Source: Chloroflexota bacterium
GTDB lineage: Bacteria; Chloroflexota; Dehalococcoidia; Tepidiformales; Tepidiformaceae
DNA length: 64,000 bases
NCBI GenBank assembly: GCA_026705605.1
Contig: JAPPAK010000005.1
Coordinates: 13,868-77,867, forward strand
Reading direction: 5' to 3'
Part shown: positions 8,501-15,684 of the stretch, one piece after another
How the letters are laid out: every line of letters begins with the position of its first letter
Position numbering within the stretch: position 1 is the stretch's first letter
Notes under the pieces: model-generated
The model's database searches: none
Seen by the model: the letters and a program-made list of their open reading frames with translations, nothing else
Told to the model about the DNA's origin: nothing
Made by a program: the position numbers and the translations under genes

Positions 8501-10279
8501 CACCCAGAAGAGATTTGAGACGCCCCCCGGCACTCCGGTCCAGTAGTCGTAGTTGCGGCTGGTGTTCACGTTGTCCTTCAGGTCTTCGTGGTCGAGGTAC
8601 AGGCCATCGTCCACGATCGCAATGTTCACGCCCGCTCCGGTGTTCCCGCTCTCCCACACCTCCACGACGTTGATGTCCTCGCCGACTCCGCCGCCGAACT
8701 GGCCTGTGTTGTCGAGGTGCCACTGGCAGCCGTAGAACGCGTCGACGGTGTCGTCCGCTGTCAGGTCCATGCACTCCTGCGTGAACGCGGTGTAGCCCTC
8801 CTCGCGCAGAGCGAACAGGAAGTAGGCTCCAATCTCGCGCCCGTCCGCCTGCACACGGATGCCGTACGTTTTCCCCGCCTCTGCGGGTACGAGCGCGTAG
8901 TCCGCTAGGTGGGCCCGCCCGAAGTCGTCCCACTCGCTGTGTGGGATCCTGAGCGCGTCGAGGGTGGAACCCCCCTCGTCGTACACCGTGATCCGCGCCG
9001 CCATCGGGTCGTCGATGAGCGTCGCGGCCGCGAGCGAGAGGTAGCCGTCCTCATCGGCCGTGACGCTGAAATAGTCGGCGTCCGACAAGGAGGTGATGCG
9101 CCCGGCCGCGCCCCCGCCGAGTCGGACCGGTGTGGCGGTGCTGAGGGATGTCCCGGGGTTGGGCGCCTCGGCGACCATCATCCAGTACGGCCCCGTGAAG
9201 AACGACCGATTGCCTGCGACCTTGATGTAGTACGTGCCGGCGGCGACCGTGCGCCGCAACATGAAGCCCAGGGCATTGTCGAAACTGCCGAACGGGTAGT
9301 GCTGGAACAGCTCACCAGCAAGGAAGAACCTGTAGCTTGTCTGAAGGTCGTTGCCGCTGCTGTCGAGGAGCTGGCCGGTGACGACCGTGTCGCTGAAGGC
9401 CACGACGTAGAAGTCGGTCGCCGTGTCGAAGTCGAGCTTGTAGTAGTCCGCATCGTGGCTGCTGGTATCCCCGGGCCGCCCGATCCTTCCTGCTGTCACC
9501 ATGCCGAGGTGCGCGGGGGCGGCCGAGGGGAGGCTGTTCCCCACGTCGTCGGGCACGAGCATCCCGTGGAGTTCGTACGCGCCCGTGGCGCCGCCGTTGC
9601 CCGTGACCTCGATGTAGTAGGTTCCGGGGTCCAGGCGGGCGCGGACCAGGAAGTTCCACGGACTCTCCGGGAACTTGCCGTCGTTGTTCGACACCACGGA
9701 CGTCCCGTCGCTCTCCTGCAGCTCGCCACGCGTATCGAGGAGCCCGCTGGTGTAGAGCACCAGCTCCCTCGTCTCGGTCACCACGAAGCTGAAGAAGTCC
9801 GCATCGGTATCCGAGTCGATTCGTCCCGCCACGCTGGCAGTCGAGTCGCTGAGCGCGAAGCTGGCGGCGGACGAGCGGGTGCTGCCGAAGTCGTCCGTGG
9901 ACTGGGTGGTCGAGGCCGACCAGGCGCCGTCACCCTCGCTGTTGACCGCGCGCAGTTGCACGTCGTAACTCGTGCTGTCTCGCAGGCCCGCGATGGAGTA
10001 GGAGAGCGCGCCGCTGGTCCAGGCGTCCTCGACGAGGGTCCAGTTGGCGTCGGCCGTTTCGTCGTCGTCGGTCTCGATGTAGCGGAGATCGTATGCGGTG
10101 ACGGCGGCGCCGCCGTCGTCGTCGGGGGCGGCCCAGGAGACGGTGAGGGAGTCCGCTGCCGAGGTGACCGCGATGCTGGTGGGGACGCCCGGGACGGTCA
10201 CGGTCTGCGCCAGGGCTCGGCCCCCCGGGAGCAGGAGGCCGAGCGCGGCGCAGACCGCGATCAGGGCGCCGCATCTCAT
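2540..10279 (-). CDS. Giant secreted multidomain protein: FN3, PPC-like modules, kexin/subtilisin S8 peptidase with P-domain, cadherin-like repeats, poly-Gly linker, propeller-like WSDG repeats, cadherin-like beta-sandwich
   Basis: 2,579-aa ATG ORF with signal peptide MRCGALIAVCAALGLLLPGGRALA|Q. FN3 signatures are present (SLTVSWAAPDDDGGAAVTAYDLRY...YDVQLRAVNSEGDGAWS, plus two more). There are PPC-like modules (DADFFSF...GTYYIEVTG). S8 triad contexts are AIVDDGL, NHGTSVAGLIAA and GGTSAAAPIVSGVVALI, followed by a P-domain-like RDLKIELESPTGATSLL. Repeated cadherin-type boundaries occur (VNVLNENDAP, VQDVDEPP, VTNVDEPP, VNDIDEPP). A 13-Gly run is followed by repeated P.GIWSDG..WV.D....LFAY units and LASLTLSGIDIGEFEPERTDY. 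Confidence 0.9.
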   Translation of the reverse strand: MRCGALIAVCAALGLLLPGGRALAQTVTVPGVPTSIAVTSAADSLTVSWAAPDDDGGAAVTAYDLRYIETDDDETADANWTLVEDAWTSGALSYSIAGLRDSTSYDVQLRAVNSEGDGAWSASTTQSTDDFGSTRSSAASFALSDSTASVAGRIDSDTDADFFSFVVTETRELVLYTSGLLDTRGELQESDGTSVVSNNDGKFPESPWNFLVRARLDPGTYYIEVTGNGGATGAYELHGMLVPDDVGNSLPSAAPAHLGMVTAGRIGRPGDTSSHDADYYKLDFDTATDFYVVAFSDTVVTGQLLDSSGNDLQTSYRFFLAGELFQHYPFGSFDNALGFMLRRTVAAGTYYIKVAGNRSFFTGPYWMMVAEAPNPGTSLSTATPVRLGGGAAGRITSLSDADYFSVTADEDGYLSLAAATLIDDPMAARITVYDEGGSTLDALRIPHSEWDDFGRAHLADYALVPAEAGKTYGIRVQADGREIGAYFLFALREEGYTAFTQECMDLTADDTVDAFYGCQWHLDNTGQFGGGVGEDINVVEVWESGNTGAGVNIAIVDDGLYLDHEDLKDNVNTSRNYDYWTGVPGGVSNLFWVNHGTSVAGLIAAEHNKLGVRGVAPGATIYSYNFVDWLDAGEAETRDLVDAMTRHRRGTQVSSNSWGFSDDGAPHPAEATWIAAIETGLREGDGGRGISYVWAAGNGGDPDDYALDNANLDGYANFYGVTAVCAVDHSGKKSRYSEPGANLWVCAPSHGDGAFITTTKSAALLYPFGDGSDFTPGLYWGDFGGTSAAAPIVSGVVALIKSANSSLTWRDVKLILAASARKNDASDGGWEDGALQYGSDTEVYSFNHKYGFGVVDAGAAVDLAEDWTNVQDQRTHEVRWTGPTRFSTVINTPYTRTVTISQSSIDFIEFVEITAEIDHDSFRDLKIELESPTGATSLLTHSGEVRDYLDRPYAFDGAIRFGSAKHLGESPVGAWKLHITDEFAGNGGTFREFRIKFYGLSLRPGAPATPSGTSDADSLLLTWSAPSETGASAITSYDLRYIRSNAADKAAEHWTEVTDAQTSGALSHDLTGLTSGVRYDIQVRANNDAGAGPWSQTYVGSVAVAPGAPTNMAATAFTSGLAITWSPPASDGGADIVRYDIRSSVADADSWTGWQTAWSSGDGDLRASVTGLANHTRYDVQVRAVNRAGAGDAATITDEPEPANLGPAFPASETGVREIGEHAVSPAAVGAPVLAIDPDGDQLYYSVPPIAPFVIDELTGQLRVRASLDLDYETQDTYTVQVSVTDRKNAEGGSNDEIDDRITVTVNVLNENDAPTISGPREVSVLENFEGMVAEYVGMDIEDDPLTYTLLGPDKDAFTLGGPEDEMMDDGQGVEVADGVLEFKIPPDYDEPGDVGEDNEYNVTIRVADAARHTEHAVRITVQDVDEPPLVSGPTDVDFPEDGLGAVATYQASDPEEPTRAITFDVGGDDGGLFTIDANSGELRFKQRPNYEDSGDANDDDVYEVEILASDSFLVGKLDVLVRPTDVDEAPEISGPAHVTIEENATDFVGTYTRADPEGQPSSWKPLSGPDALDFAFDETTGELTFVDVPDHDDPADSNRDSVYNVTLNATDGTHDGGFDVIVTVTNVDEPPVITGPGSVEIDENATRTLGTYSATDPEGGTVIITLAGTDATEFTFSSGALAFAAPPDFEDRASYSLTIEAADAAHTARHVVTVNVRNVDEAGTLELSSGQPQVGTRLEATLADADGSISGESWTWERGAGATWTLISGANSRFYTPVDDDIGSSLRVTVDYTDGHDSGKRVLKVSPRSVQAPPPVNNAPEFDSPSMDRSVDENTAERTLVGARVRATDADNDVLTYTLSGPDAAEFTIDGSSGQIRVGPGTVLDRETEDTYTVVVTATDPSDESDSTTVTITVNDIDEPPVASDDRPTTPEDTPVTIDVLRNDSDPEGVSLTVALGRANPAQGTPTLQADNTFTYTPNPNEHGVHSFTYTASDGVNAPVSATVYVTVQSVNDPPRFEEQPIEREIGETAREGDLVGAPFTATDVDHEPLTLSYSLSGAGADAFEIEEHTGQVQVATDAILDVDVQAEYMLTVTVRDPDGASAAIDITITVTEGPVTVATPIPTGGGGGGGGGGGGGSDGPTPSQVDFEWTVKHDIEALDSDHDRPTGSWSDGATLWLLENGDGADDAVYAYDLGTGERIEEREFALDERNRAPRGVWSDNEGVMWVSDSGRDLLFAYDLATGERREDRDIDLAEGNADARGIWSDGVTMWVLDERRNALFAYDLESSALLAEYALDPANGSPTGIWSDGVTLWVSDPGSSPRRLFAYRLPTRGEVETSGEGANLERVRDEEFAELSNASNNSPRGIWADGDFMYVADESDGKVYTYNMPDAIDARLASLTLSGIDIGEFEPERTDYEGAIAEGVTETTVEAGAVQRRTAVGVKPDDADGDGANGHQVALEGLAEITIKVTSVDGSRTKVYTVAFEAEFAELNLGPTWTSFEWSGADGMAVNEAGLPDEVVAVYTWDETRRRWLGYFPGLQDVPSLNTLTAFSSGTTYWIAAADPVIWTLGWTTAVEE

Positions 10280-11238
10280 CTCAGGACGACTTGGGAGCGC
10301 CAGTTGGGGCTGGAGATCAGCACCCCCTCCTCGTCGGCCAGCTCGTTCGCGAGCAAGAGCGAGGGCAGGCCGGGATCGGTCGAGATGAAGTAAGCGTTGG
10401 TGGCGAAGTCCTCCTCCTCGACACGGCTGAGCGCGATGCTGTTGGCGGCGAAGAAGCCCTTGACCCGGCTCTCATCCCACTCCGGATCGAGCACCAGCAG
10501 CACCCCGCCGGGCAGCGTCATGCGCCGCCCGGAGTCGTCGTAAAAGACGGGGGAGCCGTCGGAGTCCGCTCGCGAGTCGGAACGCCCGGAGGCGTCCTCT
10601 TCGCCCGACGCACCCGCCTCCTCCGGGGGGGCCAGCCACACACGCCTCGTGTGTTCGCCGTCCTGCCAGGTGTATTCGGTGGCCCCTTCGGGAGGTGCCT
10701 GTCGCGTGTCTCTGCCCCCCACCGAGCCGGGACCGCGTGTGCCGGCTGGCGGCCTCCCGGCCGGCTGGGCGCCGCTCCCCCCAGTCGGCGTCGGAGCCGC
10801 CCTGTCGGGCGTTGCGCTCGCTGTCGGAGTGCCGGCCGGCGCGGTCCCCTCACTGTTTCGAACCGCAAGGGAAGGCGTAGCCCTCGTGGCCGGAGCGGTC
10901 GGTGTGGCAGTCGCGGCGTCACCCTGACCATCCGGTCTCGGCATGTCCGGGGCCGGTGTTGCCGTCGTCGCCGTCGTCTCTGCCGGCGTAGCGTTACTCG
11001 GGCTATCCGGTACTGGGGTGGTCGGCGCTGGTGTTGCTGTCGCCGCCGGCGTCGTCTCTGTCGGCGCGGTTGTCGCCGGTTCGCTCGGTGTGGATTGACA
11101 GGCGACCAGCAACATCGCGGCGCCGAGCCACGGAGCGACCATCGCGGGGGCAGTGGAGAAGGGAACGGACGGTCTCACCGCACGCACTTCTTGGGCCACC
11201 TGAGCGGCAGTACGCCGACACGTCGAGGCTAGTGTCAT
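10276..11238 (-). CDS. Pro/Thr/Ala-rich putative lipoprotein, translationally coupled to the giant S8 protein
   Basis: 320-aa ORF whose stop overlaps the start of the giant gene by 4 nt (ATGA at 10276-10279). A possible lipobox LLVAC follows MVAPWLGAAM (alternative start 11142). About 150 aa of P/T/A-rich linker precede a ~110-aa globular C-terminal domain (VFYDDSGRRMTLPGGVLLVLDPEW...). No family recognised. Confidence 0.55.
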   Translation of the reverse strand: MTLASTCRRTAAQVAQEVRAVRPSVPFSTAPAMVAPWLGAAMLLVACQSTPSEPATTAPTETTPAATATPAPTTPVPDSPSNATPAETTATTATPAPDMPRPDGQGDAATATPTAPATRATPSLAVRNSEGTAPAGTPTASATPDRAAPTPTGGSGAQPAGRPPAGTRGPGSVGGRDTRQAPPEGATEYTWQDGEHTRRVWLAPPEEAGASGEEDASGRSDSRADSDGSPVFYDDSGRRMTLPGGVLLVLDPEWDESRVKGFFAANSIALSRVEEEDFATNAYFISTDPGLPSLLLANELADEEGVLISSPNWRSQVVLR

Positions 11239-11552
11239 GAGACCGTTGCTCGCCCGCGCCGTTGCTGTCCGCCCCAGCCGGGCGCTTGGCTGAAGTTGCT
11301 GACCAGTTCACGCACTTTCACGGCCGGTGTCGCAACACGGTCCGTAGACGATAGTCGACCGAGCCCCCAAAGATATGAGGGAGCTATAAGGCCATAGTCC
11401 TAGCGCATGATGTTTTTGTTAATCGGTGCTCTTTGGCGCAATGCGTGCCGGGTGGGATGGCCGGATCGTCCCACCTCATCTCAGTGCACACGCGTCCCCG
11501 AAGAAGCCTGGCGCGCCGGGACCGTGTATGCTTTTTCCGGGAGATTACTGAC

Positions 11553-12122
11553 ATGCCATCCAGCGGTCTGGTGCTTGAGCCTGGCCATGTCTACCGCACA
11601 CGCGACCTCTCGCAGTGGACCTCGAACCCCGCGCGGTTGGCCCGCCGGCTCGTGGAGAGAGGGCAATTCAAACCGCTCGCGCAGGGGCTGTTCGTTCACC
11701 CCAGGAAGAGCCGTTTTGGCGCCGTGCCGCCGGCTGATGAAGAAGTCATGCGCGCCTTCCTTGATGGCCCATTCGTTCTGACGGGACCGGAGCGATGGAA
11801 TGCGCTCGGTCTTGGCACCTCGGCGGCGTTTGCCGCTCAATTGGTCTACAACACCAAGCGTTCCGGGGAGTTCACCTTCGGGGGCCGTCGCTTCCTGCTC
11901 CGGAGGGTGGCGTTCCCGGAACACCCGTCGCCGGAGTGGTTCGTCGTCGACCTGTTCCAACACGCGGAGCAGGCAGCGGCCGATCGCGATGACCTCACGA
12001 CAGCCCTCGACAGTGCGGTGAGGAGTCGCCGGTTCGACCCTGAGCTGCTGCGCTCCATGGCGAGGGAATACGGATCCCTCGACACGCAGGCGCGCGTGGC
12101 GTCGGCGCTCGGTGCGGCTTAG
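11553..12122 (+). CDS. AbiEi/DUF6088-like antitoxin-type protein, apparently orphaned (its downstream toxin is truncated)
   Basis: ORF 11433..12122; I prefer the ATG at 11553 (MPSSGLVLEPGHVYRTRDL...). The pattern ...ARRLVERGQFKPLAQGLFVHP... then VLTGPERWNALGLGTS...VYNTKRSGEFTFGGRRFLLRR resembles antitoxins found upstream of AbiEii-family toxins. Recognised from memory, not searched. Confidence 0.5.
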   Translation: MPSSGLVLEPGHVYRTRDLSQWTSNPARLARRLVERGQFKPLAQGLFVHPRKSRFGAVPPADEEVMRAFLDGPFVLTGPERWNALGLGTSAAFAAQLVYNTKRSGEFTFGGRRFLLRRVAFPEHPSPEWFVVDLFQHAEQAAADRDDLTTALDSAVRSRRFDPELLRSMAREYGSLDTQARVASALGAA

Positions 12123-12128
12123 CGGTCA

Positions 12129-12240
12129 ATGCCTTTTGTCCACGAAGATCGCGACTTCAACGACCTGCTCAACATCGTCGCCGAACGGCAGGGTCTCGCC
12201 ATCGCCGCCGTCGAGAAGGACTGCTGGGTCACGCTGTGGC
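12129..12240 (+). pseudogene. N-terminal remnant of an AbiEii/AbiGii (DUF1814) nucleotidyltransferase toxin
   Basis: The peptide MPFVHEDRDFNDLLNIVAERQGLAIAAVEKDCWVTLW matches the characteristic N-terminus of this toxin family (..VEKDYWVT..). Similarity ends after ~37 aa and the frame decays into R-rich sequence. Confidence 0.45.
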
Positions 12241-12258
12241 GAAGCGAAGACCGTCCCC

Positions 12259-12378
12259 GACTGCTTCAAGCTCAGGAACGAAATCGGCGTCGACGTCGCG
12301 GTCGAGGCCCTACGTGACTGTCTCGAACAGCGCCGCTGCACCACCGACGAACTTGCCGAGTGCGCTCTTGAGGCCGCG
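12259..12378 (+). pseudogene. Possible C-terminal remnant of a second AbiEi-type antitoxin
   Basis: In the frame of ORF 12112..13344, residues ~50-89 read DCFKLRNEIGVDVAVEALRDCLEQRRCTTDELAECALEAA. This looks like the C-terminal segment of AbiEi-type antitoxins (compare the intact copy, TLLDGLSMPRHCGGFAEVLHAF). No matching N-terminal part lies upstream. Confidence 0.3.
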
Positions 12379-12513
12379 TCGCGGCACCTCCCGGTGTGGT
12401 CGAGAGAGGAGTGTGAGAAAAAATCTGGCTTTAGGATGCGAGAGCCATACTTTTACGATAAGATTGCTAAAGCCCTAAGTGAGGTTGCTCCCACGAGGGC
12501 AGCTGGAACGCCC

Positions 12514-13344
12514 ATGACTGCGGATATCAAGCCCAAGCGCTCCCCTGTCGGAATCGAGCTGGTGCGGCGACTCTCCTATGAGGGCGACCGCATCTTCACG
12601 ACGGACCGTGCCCGGGAGCTGGCCCCGCTCGTGGGCCTGAAGGACTCCTACGTCCGCGAGGCGCTGCAACGACTCGGGCGCGATGGCTGGATCGTCCCGC
12701 TGCGGCGGGGACTGTACGCAATGTCCTCCGTGGTGCCAGGCAGCACCTTCGTCCACGAGTTCGAGGTCGCGATGGCCCTTGTCCACCCTGCCGCCATCTC
12801 TCACTGGTCGGCGCTGCACTTCCATGGCCTGACCGAGCAGGCGCCACGGGCCGTCTTCGTCCTCACGACAACAGAGTCCTCCGTACCGCGCATACGCGGG
12901 CAGGGAGCTGACCAGGGCAGCGGCTGGCCCGTAGTCGGGGACACCGCCTACCGGTTCATCCAGGTACAACCGGAGCGCTTCTTCGGCGTGGAGCGCGTCT
13001 GGGTCGGCGATGCCCGTGTAACCGTCACCGACCGCGAGCGCACGCTGCTGGACGGACTCTCGATGCCCCGACACTGCGGAGGCTTCGCCGAGGTGCTTCA
13101 TGCGTTCGACACCGCTTTGCCCGACCTCGACATCGACCGCATCACCGGTTACGCCCTGCAGCTCGACGCGGCGACCGCCAAGCGTCTCGGTTGGGTGCTG
13201 GAGCGGCTCGGGGTTGAGTCGCCGCCGCTGGAGGAGTTGCCCATCAAGGGCTACCGCAAGCTCGATCCCTCGGGGCCGGACAGTGGACCCCACAACGGCC
13301 GCTGGATGGTTCGCGAGAACCTGCCCGGCCTGGTCGACGCGTGA
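12514..13344 (+). CDS. abiEi: Type IV toxin-antitoxin system AbiEi-family antitoxin
   Basis: ORF 12112..13344; the functional start is probably ATG 12514 (MTADIKPKRS...) or 12436. It has a wHTH N-terminus (ELVRRLSYEGDRIFTTDRARELAPLVG..YVREALQRLGRDGWIVPLRRGLY) and an AbiEi C-terminal domain (VTDRERTLLDGL). It overlaps the downstream toxin by 4 nt (GTGA). Confidence 0.8.
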   Translation: MTADIKPKRSPVGIELVRRLSYEGDRIFTTDRARELAPLVGLKDSYVREALQRLGRDGWIVPLRRGLYAMSSVVPGSTFVHEFEVAMALVHPAAISHWSALHFHGLTEQAPRAVFVLTTTESSVPRIRGQGADQGSGWPVVGDTAYRFIQVQPERFFGVERVWVGDARVTVTDRERTLLDGLSMPRHCGGFAEVLHAFDTALPDLDIDRITGYALQLDAATAKRLGWVLERLGVESPPLEELPIKGYRKLDPSGPDSGPHNGRWMVRENLPGLVDA

Positions 13345-14222
13345 GGCCGCTCCGGACGCGTCTTGAGGAAGCACGCCGGCAAGGCGGCGTGCAGTGGGAC
13401 GTGCTTGAGCGGGACTACTTGCTGTCCTGGATCCTCGCCGGCGTGGGCCAGGTCCCGGTACTCCGCGACACCCTGGTCTTCAAGGGCGGCACGGCGCTCA
13501 AGAAGTGCTACTTCGGCGATTACCGCTTCTCCGAGGACCTGGACTTCTCAGGGCTGAACGGTCTTCCAGCGGGCGACTCGCTGGAGGCTGCGGTGAGGGA
13601 GGCTGGCGAGGCCGCCGTCCGCCTGCTCGACGAGTACGCGCCGGTGGAGCTCGCCTGCGAGCGCTACGTGGAACGAGAGCCACATCCGCGGGAGCAGGAG
13701 GCCTTCACCCTGAGGGCTCGCCTGCCGTGGCAGAGCCGTCCGCAGATACGCGTGATGATCGAGATCACCGTGGATGAACCGGTCCTCTGGCCCGTGCAGA
13801 CGAGGCGGGTGATGCACGACTACGAGGAGCCGCTCGAGGCGGCCCTGCAGGTCTACTCGTTGGAGGAGGCCGTCGCGGAGAAGCTGCGGGCGATCCTCCA
13901 GCAGGCGGAGATGCTTGCGAGGCGCGGCTGGAGCCGCTCGCGGGCGCGCGATTACTACGACCTGTGGCGGGTGCTGAGCACCTACCGGGACAGGATGGAC
14001 TTCACCGGCTTCGTCCCTCTGTTGCGCGAGAAATGCGCCGTCCGCGGTGTCGGGTTTGAAGGTCCAGGCGACTTCTTCCGGAGCCCCATGCTCGCCGAGG
14101 TCGAACGGACCTGGGACCAGTCGCTCGGTCTGCTCGTTCCCAGGCTCCCGGCCTTCGAGACCGTGATCGAAGGGCTCCGACCAGCGGTCGCCACAATCCT
14201 CGCGCCGGCCGAGACGGGATGA
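13341..14222 (+). CDS. abiEii: AbiEii/AbiGii-family nucleotidyltransferase toxin (DUF1814)
   Basis: 293-aa ORF with a GTG start. Family motifs are VLERDYLLSWIL, LVFKGGTALKKCYFGDYRFSEDLDF (NTase G[GS]/DxD region) and the C-terminal RARDYYDLWRVL. Confidence 0.85.
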   Translation: MRPLRTRLEEARRQGGVQWDVLERDYLLSWILAGVGQVPVLRDTLVFKGGTALKKCYFGDYRFSEDLDFSGLNGLPAGDSLEAAVREAGEAAVRLLDEYAPVELACERYVEREPHPREQEAFTLRARLPWQSRPQIRVMIEITVDEPVLWPVQTRRVMHDYEEPLEAALQVYSLEEAVAEKLRAILQQAEMLARRGWSRSRARDYYDLWRVLSTYRDRMDFTGFVPLLREKCAVRGVGFEGPGDFFRSPMLAEVERTWDQSLGLLVPRLPAFETVIEGLRPAVATILAPAETG

Positions 14223-14236
14223 CGTCGCTGTCCGCT

Positions 14237-14497
14237 TCAGGCCACTCGGCGCAGGAGCTTGCGGTTGAGGTCCTCGGTCGACTCCAACGACGAAACCAGA
14301 TCTCCCGCCACGTCAGAGAGCCTCGCAAGGTCGACCCTCGGAATCTCTGTCTGGTCGTCGAACACGATGACCGACTCGAACTCCAACTGGTGGCGGTGGA
14401 AGTGGCCGAGCAGGATGGTCGTCAGCTGTGCCCTGTCCCGGTTGGGCACGCCATAGACGAACAGGGGGGACGCCGTCCTTGCCCTCCATCCGGACAC
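14237..14497 (-). pseudogene. Probable C-terminal gene remnant, N-terminus replaced by repeat copy A
   Basis: 86-aa ORF. The part PLFVYGVPNRDRAQLTTILLGHFHRHQLEFESVIVFDDQTEIPRVDLARL looks protein-like, but the ORF begins inside the 62-bp repeat at 14492-14553. Family not recognised. Confidence 0.25.
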
Positions 14498-14553
14498 CCC
14501 GACGGGACTGTACTACGAACTTTCGAGCTGACGGTGGCGCTGTAGACAGCACC
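14492..14553. repeat. 62-bp direct repeat, copy A
   Basis: ggacaccccgacgggactgtactacgaactttcgagctgacggtggcgctgtagacagcacc is repeated with a few mismatches and indels at 14852-14913. The same peptide strings appear twice in the shadow ORFs (SATVSSKVRSTVPSG / SATASSRVRSTVPSG). Confidence 0.8.
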
Positions 14554-14851
14554 TAGTTCGGAGTCTCCGGCCGCTCCGTCTGGCCCCTGGTGGGTCACCC
14601 CCACTCGCCACTGCAAAGAGAGCGGGATGGACGTTCAGCAATCACAAACCTGAGCAGGATGCTGTGCGTTTCAGGAGGACACTCACCCTCGCCAGCGAAC
14701 CTCACAGGCGGGGCAAGTGAGGGCCGAAGCACAGGCTTCGACGTGACGGTCGTGCCATAGCGATGCGCAGGCGTCGCGCAATCGTCCCAAATCACGAGGC
14801 CCCTCGGTGACCCCCTGTGGCTACGGAGGCACCGAGTGCGAGTCCTGTCGG

Positions 14852-14913
14852 GGACACCCGACGGGACTGTACTACGAACTCTCGAGCTGGCCGTGGCGCT
14901 GTAGCCACGCACC
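14852..14913. repeat. 62-bp direct repeat, copy B
   Basis: ggacacccgacgggactgtactacgaactctcgagctggccgtggcgctgtagccacgcacc, in the same orientation as copy A, about 360 bp away. Confidence 0.8.
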
Positions 14914-15684
14914 GGGTCGCTGGTTACGGGCGGCCCGCCCATACCTGGTGAGTTGCCATCGCAGAGACGTCCGCATGACAGTGCGCTCGTGCGAAAGGGA
15001 TGCGCCCAGTCCTTGTGGCGCTGGCCTTCTAGGGGTGAGTGTCCTCGTCGTTGAGAGCATCGACACCGAGTTTGGCCTTCTCGGGGAATGGCGGTTGTCT
15101 CCGCCCCCTTCCGTCTCACGACGGCCGGCCATTAGGGGCGACGCGCACGAACCGTGCCGGCAGTAGGCACGGTTTCGGGCCTAGAGCGGAGGGTTTAAGG
15201 AGACGGGGTCCGCCTGGGGATCGCAATGGCCCTCTATCTCGGCGTTCGCACCGCCCTTGCAGAGTTCCTCGAGCACGCGCTGCTCGGCGGGGGTGATGAC
15301 GCGGGAGTAGCGAAACCTGCCTCCGCGGTCGCGCTCCTGAGCCAATGCTGCCACACGGATCGGGGAGGTTTCCTCCCCCGGCGGGGGAGCTCATTCAGCT
15401 TGACTTGACTCCAGTGGCGAAATTCTATGATGCCCTCAGTCCGCTGGCGTTCGCGATCTGCGTCGTCGAGTGGGCGTCCGCCGCGGCGGCCATCAGCATG
15501 GCCGGACCCCGGCCGACGCTTCATCGAGGACACTCATGGACACTTTCCGTCGCATGAATCGCCTGAGCAAGTCCCGCTTACGATGGCCACCGTCAAAGCC
15601 AATTCACTCGATGCCTAGCACGGATGTACTCACGTATACTGCAGGCTACTACAGCCAGTTCCCCACGGAGCCACCGCCACAGCG

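Noticed and set aside
3788-8518. 1,576-aa plus-strand ORF (also 8909..10393, 50402..52468, 52499..54235 and 54245..55024)
   Set aside because: These are antisense shadow ORFs inside the giant minus-strand genes. Their translations are G/R/V/D/A-rich with no motifs, whereas the opposite strand shows unmistakable FN3, S8, cadherin and Calx-beta signatures. Long stop-free antisense frames are expected at this GC content.
14491-15230. Possibility that the repeat-containing non-coding stretch is a group II intron, tmRNA, RNase P RNA or tRNA cluster
   Set aside because: A GTGCG occurs at one repeat end on the minus strand, but the other copy reads GTGCT. I found no domain V-like sequence, no reverse-transcriptase ORF, no GAGGAAAGTCC (RNase P) and no tRNA T-arm/CCA features. 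It is reported only as a repeat of unknown nature.
15190-15330. Minus-strand LuxR-type HTH-like peptide (…RFRYSRVITPAEQRVLEELCKGGANAEIEGH…)
   Set aside because: It is only ~45 aa of similarity, with no start codon or upstream domain, and the helix-turn-helix is cut short. It is most likely a decayed fragment and is not annotated as a gene.
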